Assembly (NCBI GenBank): GCA_965243305.1
Contig: CBDEUN010000001.1
Location: 293,652-357,651, forward strand
DNA length: 64,000 nt
DNA from: Arenicellales bacterium
Lineage (GTDB): Bacteria; Pseudomonadota; Gammaproteobacteria; Arenicellales; JAJDZL01
Direction of reading: 5' to 3'
Under the pieces are notes generated by a model that saw only the letters and a program-made list of their open reading frames with translations, had not been told where the DNA came from and made no database searches. Within the stretch, counting starts at the first letter, position 1, and each line of letters begins with the position of its first letter. This document shows, in pieces, positions 42,382 through 51,143 of the stretch. Position numbers and translations under genes: made by a program.

Positions 42382-43980
42382 TTTTTCCAAAAGAATCATA
42401 TCAGCCGCTTTCTCGGCGATTGCAAAGGTTGGTGCGTTGGTATTTCCCGAGATGATCACAGGCATAATCGATGCATCCACGACTCGCAAGCTGTTTATAC
42501 CGTGAACCTTGAGCGTTGAATCAACAACTGCCATTGGGTCTGAAACCGGTCCCATTTTGCAGGTTCCCACCGGATGATAGATGGTTTCGCCAATACTTCT
42601 AGCACAATCGAGTAGTTCTTCGTCGGTTTGCACGTGATTCCCTGGTGATACTTCTTCCTCGACGTATTGCGACATTGCCTTGCTGTTTGCAATGGCTCTG
42701 GACACCTTCATTGCATTGACCGTGGTCACCTGGTCTTCCTTAGTGGATAGGTAGTTTGGATGGATGGCGATGTAGTCCTGTGGATTGGCTGATCTTAGTT
42801 GAAGGTTCCCGCGGCTGGTCGGCCGAAGTTGTGTAACAGAAGACGTAATGCCTGAGTAGTTATGAACACCTTGACCAGGACTGTCGGAACTTAGAGGCTG
42901 AAAATGAAATTGGATGTCTGGGCGTTTGATATGTGACAAGGATCCTGTAAATATACCAATCTGACTTGCCGCCATGCTCATTGGCCCGGTACGAAAAGCA
43001 AAATACTGCATGCCGATCAGCACTTTGTAGATTGGATTTCGAATTTCATCATTCAGTGTCTTAACTGAACAGCGATACACCGATCGAATTTGAAGGTGAT
43101 CATGCAGGTTCTCGCCAACACCAGGCAAATTGTGTTTGATGGGAATTTGAAATTCTCGCAGATGATCGGGATTTCCGATGCCCGACAGCATCAGCAACTG
43201 TGGAGAATTAATCGCACCGGCACTGAGGATGACTTCACGATTAGCACGGACAGTGAACCTTCTGCCATCTTGTTCGTATTCCACAGCCGTTGCACGGTTT
43301 TCATCGATAACAATTCGACCTGTCAGTGCTTTGGTGACAACCTTCAGATTGGAGCGGTTGGATACGGGATTCAGGTAGCCAACAGATGAACTGCATCGCC
43401 TGCCTTTCCATGCAGTCAACTGATAATATCCAACGCCTTCTTGTGTTGCGCCATTGAAATCGTTGTTGTAAGGAATGCCGATTTCCTCAGCACCTTTGAT
43501 AAATGCATCACCAACTGCTCGACGAATTCGCATATCAGACACTTTCAGCATGCCGTTCTGACCGTGGTGCTCGTCAGCGCCGCGTTCCTGGTGCTCACAC
43601 TTAATGAAGTAGGGCAGCATGTTCTCATACGACCAACCGGGGTTGCCGGCATTCTCCCAGTCATCGTAATCTTCTTTCTGGCCGCGGACATATAGTAGAC
43701 CGTTAATTGAACTTGAGCCACCAAGTACTTTTCCGCGCGGCCATTTAATCGACCGATTATTCAATCCTGGATCAGGTTCGGTGTTGTAGCACCAGTCTGT
43801 TGCCGGATTGTGCATCGTCTTGAAGTAACCCACGGGAATGTGAATCCATTGATTCGTATCCCGTTTTCCCGCCTCTAGCACCAGCACAGAGTGTCTTGAG
43901 TTTTCCGAAAGACGATTTGCGAGTACACATCCGGCTGTTCCGCCACCCACGATGATGTAATCAAATGTGTCGGCGTGCAT
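42376..43980 (-). CDS. GMC-family FAD oxidoreductase (choline/alcohol dehydrogenase-like)
   Basis: 534 aa. N-terminal FAD fold FDYIIVGGGTAGCVLANRLSE. The C-terminal HPVGTCKMG motif is also present. Confidence 0.88.
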   Translation of the reverse strand: MHADTFDYIIVGGGTAGCVLANRLSENSRHSVLVLEAGKRDTNQWIHIPVGYFKTMHNPATDWCYNTEPDPGLNNRSIKWPRGKVLGGSSSINGLLYVRGQKEDYDDWENAGNPGWSYENMLPYFIKCEHQERGADEHHGQNGMLKVSDMRIRRAVGDAFIKGAEEIGIPYNNDFNGATQEGVGYYQLTAWKGRRCSSSVGYLNPVSNRSNLKVVTKALTGRIVIDENRATAVEYEQDGRRFTVRANREVILSAGAINSPQLLMLSGIGNPDHLREFQIPIKHNLPGVGENLHDHLQIRSVYRCSVKTLNDEIRNPIYKVLIGMQYFAFRTGPMSMAASQIGIFTGSLSHIKRPDIQFHFQPLSSDSPGQGVHNYSGITSSVTQLRPTSRGNLQLRSANPQDYIAIHPNYLSTKEDQVTTVNAMKVSRAIANSKAMSQYVEEEVSPGNHVQTDEELLDCARSIGETIYHPVGTCKMGPVSDPMAVVDSTLKVHGINSLRVVDASIMPVIISGNTNAPTFAIAEKAADMILLEKK

Positions 43981-44258
43981 TAGAGTGCAGACCTGGGAGA
44001 TAGATGTTGATTCGAAAGTATGACGTTATTGGACATAATTTATTTGGCTCTTAAGTTTGGCCGTTTTCTGATTTTTTGCCAGTGGTTTGAATTGGCCTCG
44101 CTGTATTTTATTTTCAAAGGTTGGTAATCCACACAAAATTCTAGGGGGTTGGAAAACGAATCTGCATCTTTGAGCCTGCACTGATCGCGAAACTATAATC
44201 ACTGAGTAATAATTCATTGTAGAAGAGTAAGTGTTCATTACCACCGGGAGCAAATGAC

Positions 44259-45184
44259 GTGAAATGGCAACGGCCCAAGGTGATTCCGGGAGCCGGTCTC
44301 AATTCAGTTCAGCAAGACTATCAGCACATTGAAGTCAAACCTTATGCTGGTGCGTGTGGTGCCGAAATTTTTGGTGTAGACATCTCACAGCCGGTTTCAG
44401 AAGAAGTGATAGAGGAAATCAAGCAGGCATTCCTCGACCACTTAGTCATCTTTTTTCGCGACCAAATCATCGAACCTGACTCCCTTAAGAATTTTGGTAG
44501 TAAATTTGGGTCATTCCACATTCATCCGTACGTTGGTTCATTGGAAGGACATCCCGAAATCATGATGGTGATCAAGAATCCAGAAGACAAGTACAACTTT
44601 TCAGGAACATGGCACAGCGATGTGACTTTCCAAGCGGAACCACCACTGGGTTCGATATTGTGTGGGATGGAAGTTCCAAAATTCGGTGGGAATACACTAT
44701 TTGCCAACCAGTACCTGGCTTACGACATGCTTAACGATGCCTACAAGAATATGCTTGCTTGAGGGTCTGAACGCGATTCATAGCGCTGAAAACGTTTACA
44801 GTCATGAGGGCGAGTATGCGAGCACAGAATACCAGAACAAACATGCAGGCACGCCAATACGAGCGGACAGTAGCGCTAATATTCGGGTCATTCCCCCAAT
44901 TGTTCGTACGCATCTTGAAACTGGTCGAAAAGCACTCTATGTAAATGAGCCGTTTACAGTTGGAATCGAAGGAATGAGCGAAGAAGAGTCAAGAGTCAGA
45001 ACCAATAGTTCGCTATCTGGTCAAGCATGCAGTACCGCCGGATATATGCTGTAGTTTTCGCTGGGGACCTGGTTCAATTGTTTTCTGGGACAATCGTTGT
45101 CTGCAGCATTACGCCCTGAACGACTATCCGGGTGAGTGCCGAGTCATGTGGTGCCTCACGATTAATGGGGACCGACCAGTCTAG
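44259..45184 (+). pseudogene. TauD/TfdA-family Fe(II)/2-oxoglutarate dioxygenase, disrupted by two frameshifts
   Basis: Homology runs through three frames (44259-44762, then to about 44998, then to TAG 45182-45184). Motifs include WHSDVTF and FWDNRCLQHYALNDY. The first shift is at the GCTTGCTT run near 44753-44762. The second coincides with a 7-bp tandem duplication AGAGTCA/AGAGTCA (44985-44998). Confidence 0.8.
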
Positions 45185-45191
45185 TGGTGCG

Positions 45192-45785
45192 TCAATCATA
45201 AAGTGTCGGATAAAGCCGTTTCAATCGATTGTGCGCATCTTCGCTGGTAAACTGCCAGTCAACTGTCGCATTCATTCGGTCTCGCTGCGCCTGTCAGGCG
45301 TTGACTTCGCTACGCAACTCATCAATCGAATCAATTCTGCGGTTCAGACACTGACGCAACATAACACTAATCTACGATTCGGAAACATTCAGCCAGCTGC
45401 TATGCCTTGGTGTGCAGACGAATTCAAATCGGTCCCAAAGCGCATTTGCAACGCTTGGCTCGAACCCCTCGTAAAACGCGCCCGAACGATGCGTGTTCAG
45501 ATTATCCAGCACCAGCGTGACGGTTCCGGCTGGCCGATATTGGCTTGCAACGTCATTGAGAAACTTGGCAAAGTCGCACTTGGCGCACCGTTCAGTCACC
45601 TTCGTCATTGTTGTTCCTGCCAGTGGCTCGGTGGCCACGAACACATTGCAGGTCCCCGTGCACCGGTACTCGTAGTCAACCTTAGGCGGCTGCCCTGAAA
45701 TCGCCGGCAACAGTTCGAGGGTCTCAGCAATCAGCTGCCGGGATGTCACATCCATGCACACTATCAGATAGTCAGGATCGTACGG
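45192..45785 (-). mobile_element. IS630-family transposase remnant (C-terminal about two thirds, with nonsense codons)
   Basis: PYDPDYLIVCMD..., LVLDNLNTH and TPRHSSWLN are DDE motifs of IS630/Tc1-type enzymes. In-frame TAG (45372-45374) and TGA (45294-45296) interrupt it. The N-terminal DNA-binding part is missing. Confidence 0.75.
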
Positions 45786-46100
45786 ACGGCGGAATCAGTG
45801 CCGAGCGGAACAAAACCAGCTCGTCCGTGTTCGAGTGAACCTTCGGAATCCGCACCGACACCGGTTCCACGCCGGTTTGAATACTGCGTTCCGGATGATA
45901 GCCGCTACGCACCATCGACTACAGGCTGCTGTCAGCACGCTGGCCTTCGAACTGAGCCAGAAACTCCTACAGCTTCAGCTTTAATGATTTGAATATTATT
46001 CGTGGCGCATCAAGGCGCACCAATTCGGTGACCGCATCGACTTCTCGTGTTGCTTCGTTGAGGCGTGTTAGTACGAATCATGAAATGAACGAACGCCGAA
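45786..46100 (-). mobile_element. IS256-family (Mutator-like) transposase N-terminal remnant
   Basis: Hand translation gives ELVRLDAPRII...EFLAQFEGQRADSSL*SMVRSGYHPERSIQTGVEPVSVRIPKVHS...FRSALIPPSVR. This resembles the IS256 N-terminus. It has at least two in-frame stops and is truncated by the IS630 fragment. Confidence 0.55.
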
Positions 46101-46130
46101 CACACAAACTCCTGCAAAAGTTGCCGCAGA

Positions 46131-47303
46131 TCACTGCAAAGCAATTGGTTCACGGTATGAAAATTCCATGCCTTCACAACTCTGACACCTGCGAATGGCG
46201 CGTTGCACAGTATTGATTCCATGCAGGCATAGTGGATTGCAATTATCCTCCAGATAATCGTATCTTACAACATCTCCAAGATACACTCGATTGGGAAATA
46301 ATTGCTCCAGAATCTCTCCATTGATCCTTGTACTATAGATTCGAGACTGATTGTTATCGTTAGACGCTAGTAGTGAGTCATTAGGATCCCAACCTATAGA
46401 GTTATAGGAAAGGACGCGAATTGAATCGTCAGAGGCATCGCACCTCTCCATTACGAATTGAATTCCACCGTTCATTGCAATGTACTCGGCGGCCATCCCT
46501 CCCAAGGAGTGACCGACAATTAAACCTCGGAAGTTGTCTGGCGATGTAAGACTTCTGCACTCTTCTCCAAAAAAAGAAGCTGTAATCTCCAAAGCCAAAT
46601 CAAAAAGGCACGATTGACCTCGTAGTGCATGAACAGTGGTAAGAAAACTCTGGGAACCAAACGGATTAGTTCCACGGATTGCCAATGTTTCTTCATCCCA
46701 CTCACCGGAGCTGGATTGCACCAATCTAAGGTCTTCTGTGTATTCGATTGCTTCGATTCCCAGAATTCCAAGCCTTGTCAATAGAGACAATCCATCCTGC
46801 GTGTCGGCCCATTGTAAAGTCAGGGTTAAGTTGTTCAAATTGGAATTGCCATCAGTACAGCGATAATGAACTTCCCTGAATCGCCTACTGCCTATTCTAC
46901 GTTGGAGGACTGTTCTTGTGACATTGCGCCCGTTATTCTCAGCCCCTATATTGACGCAACTGTCAGCTCCTTCCTCATCATAGGTCCCTTCAACACAATT
47001 CCTTGCATGGGAAAATATTCTTAAATCGATATCATGAAGAACAACAGATTGCTCAAATACTTCATAAGTTCTGGAATGTCCACTTGGGCATCTGTAAACT
47101 ATTGTTGAATTATGTACACCTGGTGCGTTGTAGGATAACTCTGCTAGAGATGCACCTTTCAAAATGTACTCATGTGTAAGAGTTGAGTTAACATCATCCG
47201 GGCAAAATTGGGCATAAGCACCAGTAGACATACATAACATTTGAAGTAGGATTCCGACAAGAGCACATTGTTGCCATCCGACTGTACGAGATTCACGTGT
47301 CAT
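46131..47303 (-). CDS. Secreted alpha/beta-hydrolase, class-3-lipase-like (GHSLGG)
   Basis: 390 aa. A signal peptide ends AYA|QF. The N-terminal half is Cys-rich. The nucleophile elbow is LIVGHSLGGMAA. The C-terminal end abuts the IS256 remnant and may be chimeric. Confidence 0.65.
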   Translation of the reverse strand: MTRESRTVGWQQCALVGILLQMLCMSTGAYAQFCPDDVNSTLTHEYILKGASLAELSYNAPGVHNSTIVYRCPSGHSRTYEVFEQSVVLHDIDLRIFSHARNCVEGTYDEEGADSCVNIGAENNGRNVTRTVLQRRIGSRRFREVHYRCTDGNSNLNNLTLTLQWADTQDGLSLLTRLGILGIEAIEYTEDLRLVQSSSGEWDEETLAIRGTNPFGSQSFLTTVHALRGQSCLFDLALEITASFFGEECRSLTSPDNFRGLIVGHSLGGMAAEYIAMNGGIQFVMERCDASDDSIRVLSYNSIGWDPNDSLLASNDNNQSRIYSTRINGEILEQLFPNRVYLGDVVRYDYLEDNCNPLCLHGINTVQRAIRRCQSCEGMEFSYREPIALQ

Positions 47304-47503
47304 GATTTCTTCCTATAGTGAGTTAGATGAAGAGCCGGGTTGATATCCCCGGAACATCTCCAGCAGTTCTTGCCGAATTTTCGAAGTGATTCTGCTGTCA
47401 TACCTTCACCCTGATCCGCAGTTAGAACTTGTAACAAAATAAAAAACCTTGTACAATCAGAGTATTAAGAAAAACATTCGATTTTTCGCTTTTCACCCAT
47501 TGG

Positions 47504-47767
47504 TTGAAAATTCAAACCACTCCTGAAAGTACAAGGCTGATGAAGATTCTACTATACAACACCGCGGCAAGCTGTCACAATTTCACCTCCAGAGCCGGTC
47601 TGGCGGTGCCAGCCGAACTGCTGAAGCGCCTAAAGCTGTCAGACATGATAGATTCGTCAATGCCCGGGCCCGGCAGTGACCGGGGCTACCGGCACAGTAC
47701 CATTTTCAACACCTTCATGCTGATGTTCCACGAAGGCGCCCGGTGCATCGTCGATGTGCGCCACCTC
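47504..47767 (+). mobile_element. IS4/IS1380-type DDE transposase N-terminal fragment
   Basis: FTSRAGLAVPAELLKRLKLSDMIDSSMPGPGSDRGYRHSTIFNTFMLMFHEGARCIVDVRHL matches the N-terminal module of these transposases. The catalytic domain is absent. Confidence 0.5.
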
Positions 47768-48776
47768 TCGACCGTTGGGGATACCGACCTTTGAGGATAA
47801 GGTGGTGCAACGAGCGATACTGATGCTGTTAGAACCGATTTATGAGCAGGACTTTGAGTCCAGTTCGTATGGGTTTCGTCCGGGGCGATGCTGTCATGAT
47901 GCATTGGATGCGATACGCACCGGCGTTATGGCAGAACGTTTAAGGTGGGTGATTGATGCGGATGTATCGACATATTTCGATACGATTCGCCATGATCTCA
48001 TTCGTGAGGTTCTTGACCTGAGGATTACTGATGGCGTTGTCAGACGCATGATCGATAAATGGATGAAGACTGGAATACTGGAAGAAGGCGTATTGAAGCG
48101 AAGTGAAATCGGGACCCCACGAGGGTGCGTGATATCGCCTTGCGTCTAAATTTTTTGCACAGGGTGCTGGACAAGTGGTTTGAGCGGGTGGTGAAACCGA
48201 GACTTCGAGGCAGTAGCCGTATAGTCCGGTATGCCGATGAATTTGTCATACTGTCTGAGTATGAGAACGATGCCCAGCGGGTACTGGAGGTATTGGGTAA
48301 ACGGTTAGGGAAGTATGGACTTACGCTTCATGCGACCAAGACCCGATTCATCGACTTTCACCCGCCACAGGGGAACGGGAAGAATCGCGATGCGGGCTCT
48401 GACTTTCTGGGATTCACCCATGTTTGGGAATCTCTCGTAAAGGTAATAAGGTTCTGCGTCAGGTTACCTCCAAGTCGCACTTTGCCCGTGCGGTGAAGTC
48501 TGTGAACCGGTGGCACAGGGCGAACCACCACCGCCCACTTGCTGAGCACAGCATCATCGACTGTCCCGTGTGCAAACAGGGCACTGTGCCTATTAAGGCA
48601 TCACCGGTAATGGTAAAAGGCTCACGCAATTTCGCAGGCAAATTATTCGTTGCTGGCATAAGGTGTTATCACGCCGTAGTCGTGATGGTAAATTAAACTG
48701 GGTTCAAATGCGGGAGATTCTCCGCCGGTTTCCGGTGCCTGATTCTCGTGTCGTGCGTTCTGTTTATGCCACGTAA
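47768..48776 (+). pseudogene. Group II intron-type reverse transcriptase/maturase, 5'-truncated and multiply frameshifted
   Basis: RT blocks are spread over three frames: RPLGIPTFEDKVVQRA, SYGFRPGR, DADVSTYFDTIRH, GTPRGCVISP, VRYADEFVIL (YADD is YADE), FLGFTH and GHCAY*GITGN. I count at least 3 frameshifts and 1 in-frame stop. Confidence 0.7.
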
Positions 48777-48835
48777 GCGAACCCTGTATTGTGAGGAACG
48801 CAGTGCATCAATCCTGCACGCTGGGGTCTGTCTGT

Positions 48836-48871
48836 GAGGGACGGGATGCAGTAATGCTCTCCCGTCTACTC
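48836..48871 (+). ncRNA. Domain V-like hairpin (possible group II intron ribozyme remnant)
   Basis: 36-nt hairpin 60 nt after the RT stop. The lower stem has 11 bp with one bulged A, then an asymmetric internal loop, a 3-bp upper stem and a GTAA (GNRA) loop. It is not a canonical AGC-triad domain V. Confidence 0.3.
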
Positions 48872-48875
48872 GGTG

Positions 48876-49730
48876 CTAAGTTCTGACGCCGCGCAATCGC
48901 TCAGTTCGCCGTCTCAACATCTCGATTGTAGTCAGCAACAGTATTGACACTAGCACCAGCAATGTTGCGACTGCGAGAATGGTAGGACTAATGTGTTCGC
49001 GAATTCCTGAAAACATCTGCCACGGAATGGTTCGCTGCTCAAAGCTGCCGACAAACAGAATCACAACGACTTCGTCAAAGGAGGTGATAAAGGCGAATAG
49101 TGCGCCTGAAATCACTCCTGGCAGGATCAGTGGAACGACAACTTTGAAAAATGTAGTTACACCATCGGCTCCCAAGCTGTTTGCAGCCCGAATCAGACTG
49201 CGATCGAATCCAACCAGCGTCGCGGTAACCGTAATGACAACAAATGGAGTGCCTAAAGCCGCATGGGCGAGGATAACACCGAGATGTGTTCCCTGCAGAT
49301 TGACTCGGGAATAGAAGAAGAACATCCCGCAAGCTGAAATGATTAAAGGCACGATCATTGGGGAAATTAGAATCGCCATTAACATTGTTCGATAAGGCAC
49401 TTCTCGACGGCTCAATCCCAAGGCGGCTACGGTGCCGAGTGATGTTGCAATCAAAGTGGAAAAGATTGCAATAATAAAGCTGTTGTTAACGGCTCCCCGC
49501 CAGTTAAGATTGGTAAAGAAGTCCTCATACCATCTCAACGAATATCCTTCTGGGTCAAGCGACAGCATTTCGGGGGTAAAAGTGAAAAACGGCACCGCGT
49601 TGAAAGACAGCGGTACGATGACTAGAATGGGAAAAATCAAAAACAGGAAGATCAGTCCACAAACTATGCGGAACGAATAATGCCAAATGCGTTCGAGCGG
49701 TGTCGTGTAGGGTGGTAATTTACTTTTCAT
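48876..49730 (-). CDS. ABC transporter permease (PotC/PotI-like)
   Basis: 284 aa and about 6 TM helices. The EAA-type loop is IRAANSLGADGVTTFFKVVVPL. Confidence 0.85.
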   Translation of the reverse strand: MKSKLPPYTTPLERIWHYSFRIVCGLIFLFLIFPILVIVPLSFNAVPFFTFTPEMLSLDPEGYSLRWYEDFFTNLNWRGAVNNSFIIAIFSTLIATSLGTVAALGLSRREVPYRTMLMAILISPMIVPLIISACGMFFFYSRVNLQGTHLGVILAHAALGTPFVVITVTATLVGFDRSLIRAANSLGADGVTTFFKVVVPLILPGVISGALFAFITSFDEVVVILFVGSFEQRTIPWQMFSGIREHISPTILAVATLLVLVSILLLTTIEMLRRRTERLRGVRT

Positions 49731-49748
49731 TTGACTGAGCCTGAGCCC

Positions 49749-51020
49749 CTACCCGAGTTTCATGTTATCGACGCCAACAATGCGATCGTACAGGAGGTAA
49801 AGAACCAGCACAAGTCCCAACAGTATGATTCCGAGTGCTGCAGCCAGGCCCCAGTTCAGAGAAACTGAAACGTGGTAAGCTATGAAGTTACTGATAAATG
49901 TGCCGGACGTTCCGCCAACAAGGGCAGGAGTAATGTAGTAACCGATTGCAAGAATGAATACAAGAATCCCGCCTGCTCCGATTCCTGGAATTGTATTTGG
50001 CGCATATACCTTGAAAAATGCACTGAACGGATGCGCTCCAAGAGAAACGGCCGCTCGCATATAACTATTTGGGATCGTTTTCATCACGCTGTACAGCGGT
50101 AGAATCATAAAAGGCAACAAGATATGGGTCATTGCCACGACGGTTCCGGTGGCGTTATGAATCATTGCCAGTCGGTTTTCGTTGTCAATGATGTTGAGGG
50201 CGACCATGATGTCATTGAGCACACCTTCTCTTTGCAACATTGCGATCCATGAAGTCGTTCGTACCAGAAGGGATGTCCAGAACGGTAGCAGCACTAGCAT
50301 TAGCAATAGATTACTTGTTTTCAGGGGCAGGGTCGCCAGAAGATAGGCGACTGGATAGCCCAAAATCAGAGTCATCAGCGTAATAAAGGCACTCAGGTAA
50401 AGTGTACGCCAGAACAAATTTAGATAGATTCGGCTTTTCTCATCTTGTAACTGAAGGTCTCCTGCCGGGGTGACCTGCAAATCAATCGCGGCCCAGAAGT
50501 AGCCGGCTGTGAGAGTCGGTGAAAATGTCTTGATCACCTGCCAGGATTCAAGTTCCCCCCATTTTTTGTCGACCTTAATGACTGCCTCTTTGTAAGGTCC
50601 TTCGTCTATTTTTGGAATTCGTCTTTGGGATTTCCTAAACAGACTGTTCATCCCGGGGAGTTCGTAATTGAGGCGTTTACCGACTCGAGTGATTAGTTTT
50701 TCTGAAGCGCCAGCTTTAACATCTTCAACTAGTGCTTGATAGGCACTCTCATCAGGTAGTTCTCCTGATGTCGCATCCCACTTTTTGAGTTGTTCAACCG
50801 TTTTTGGGAGGTAAGTGGACACGATTGGGTCTTCAATACCCCTCCACAACATGTCTCCTATTGGTACCAGAAAAGTTAAACCAATAAAGAAAAACAATGG
50901 TGCAACCAGGGCAAGAGACTTCATCTTGTCTCGGCGAAGCGCACGAGCCAAAGCCGTTTTCAGTGGGACTCCATCCGCTGTAGTTAAAGGTTGATCTGGA
51001 TGGATAGCGGAATTAGCCAT
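49749..51020 (-). CDS. ABC transporter permease (PotB/PotH-like) with long N-terminal extension
   Basis: 423 aa. The EAA-type loop is MRAAVSLGAHPFSAFFKVYAP. A periplasmic insert of about 150 aa follows TM1. Confidence 0.85.
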   Translation of the reverse strand: MANSAIHPDQPLTTADGVPLKTALARALRRDKMKSLALVAPLFFFIGLTFLVPIGDMLWRGIEDPIVSTYLPKTVEQLKKWDATSGELPDESAYQALVEDVKAGASEKLITRVGKRLNYELPGMNSLFRKSQRRIPKIDEGPYKEAVIKVDKKWGELESWQVIKTFSPTLTAGYFWAAIDLQVTPAGDLQLQDEKSRIYLNLFWRTLYLSAFITLMTLILGYPVAYLLATLPLKTSNLLLMLVLLPFWTSLLVRTTSWIAMLQREGVLNDIMVALNIIDNENRLAMIHNATGTVVAMTHILLPFMILPLYSVMKTIPNSYMRAAVSLGAHPFSAFFKVYAPNTIPGIGAGGILVFILAIGYYITPALVGGTSGTFISNFIAYHVSVSLNWGLAAALGIILLGLVLVLYLLYDRIVGVDNMKLG

Positions 51021-51077
51021 AGATTATGTTGTTGTGGATTGGTTTAAGTGTTGATCAATTGTTGCGAAATTCAATGT

Positions 51078-51105
51078 GAGGCACCAGCAATTCCGCCAGT
51101 GCCTC
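51078..51105 (-). promoter_or_regulatory. Intercistronic hairpin between the binding-protein and permease genes
   Basis: GAGGCAC (51078-51084) pairs with GTGCCTC (51099-51105) around a 14-nt loop. It sits in the 123-nt gap after the binding-protein stop. Confidence 0.35.
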
Positions 51106-51143
51106 TCATTGACCATGTCTAATTTACCTAGACCAAAACTGAC

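Noticed and set aside
45132-45698. 188-aa plus-strand ORF
   Set aside because: It is the antisense shadow of the IS630-type transposase remnant, which has clear DDE-family motifs on the minus strand. The plus-strand translation shows no recognisable features.
47300-47401. 33-codon minus-strand ORF (MTAESLRKFGKNCWRCSGDINPALHLTHYRKKS) overlapping the lipase-like gene start
   Set aside because: It has no SD and no recognisable family, and it is too short to support as a gene. It is mentioned only as context in the lipase finding.
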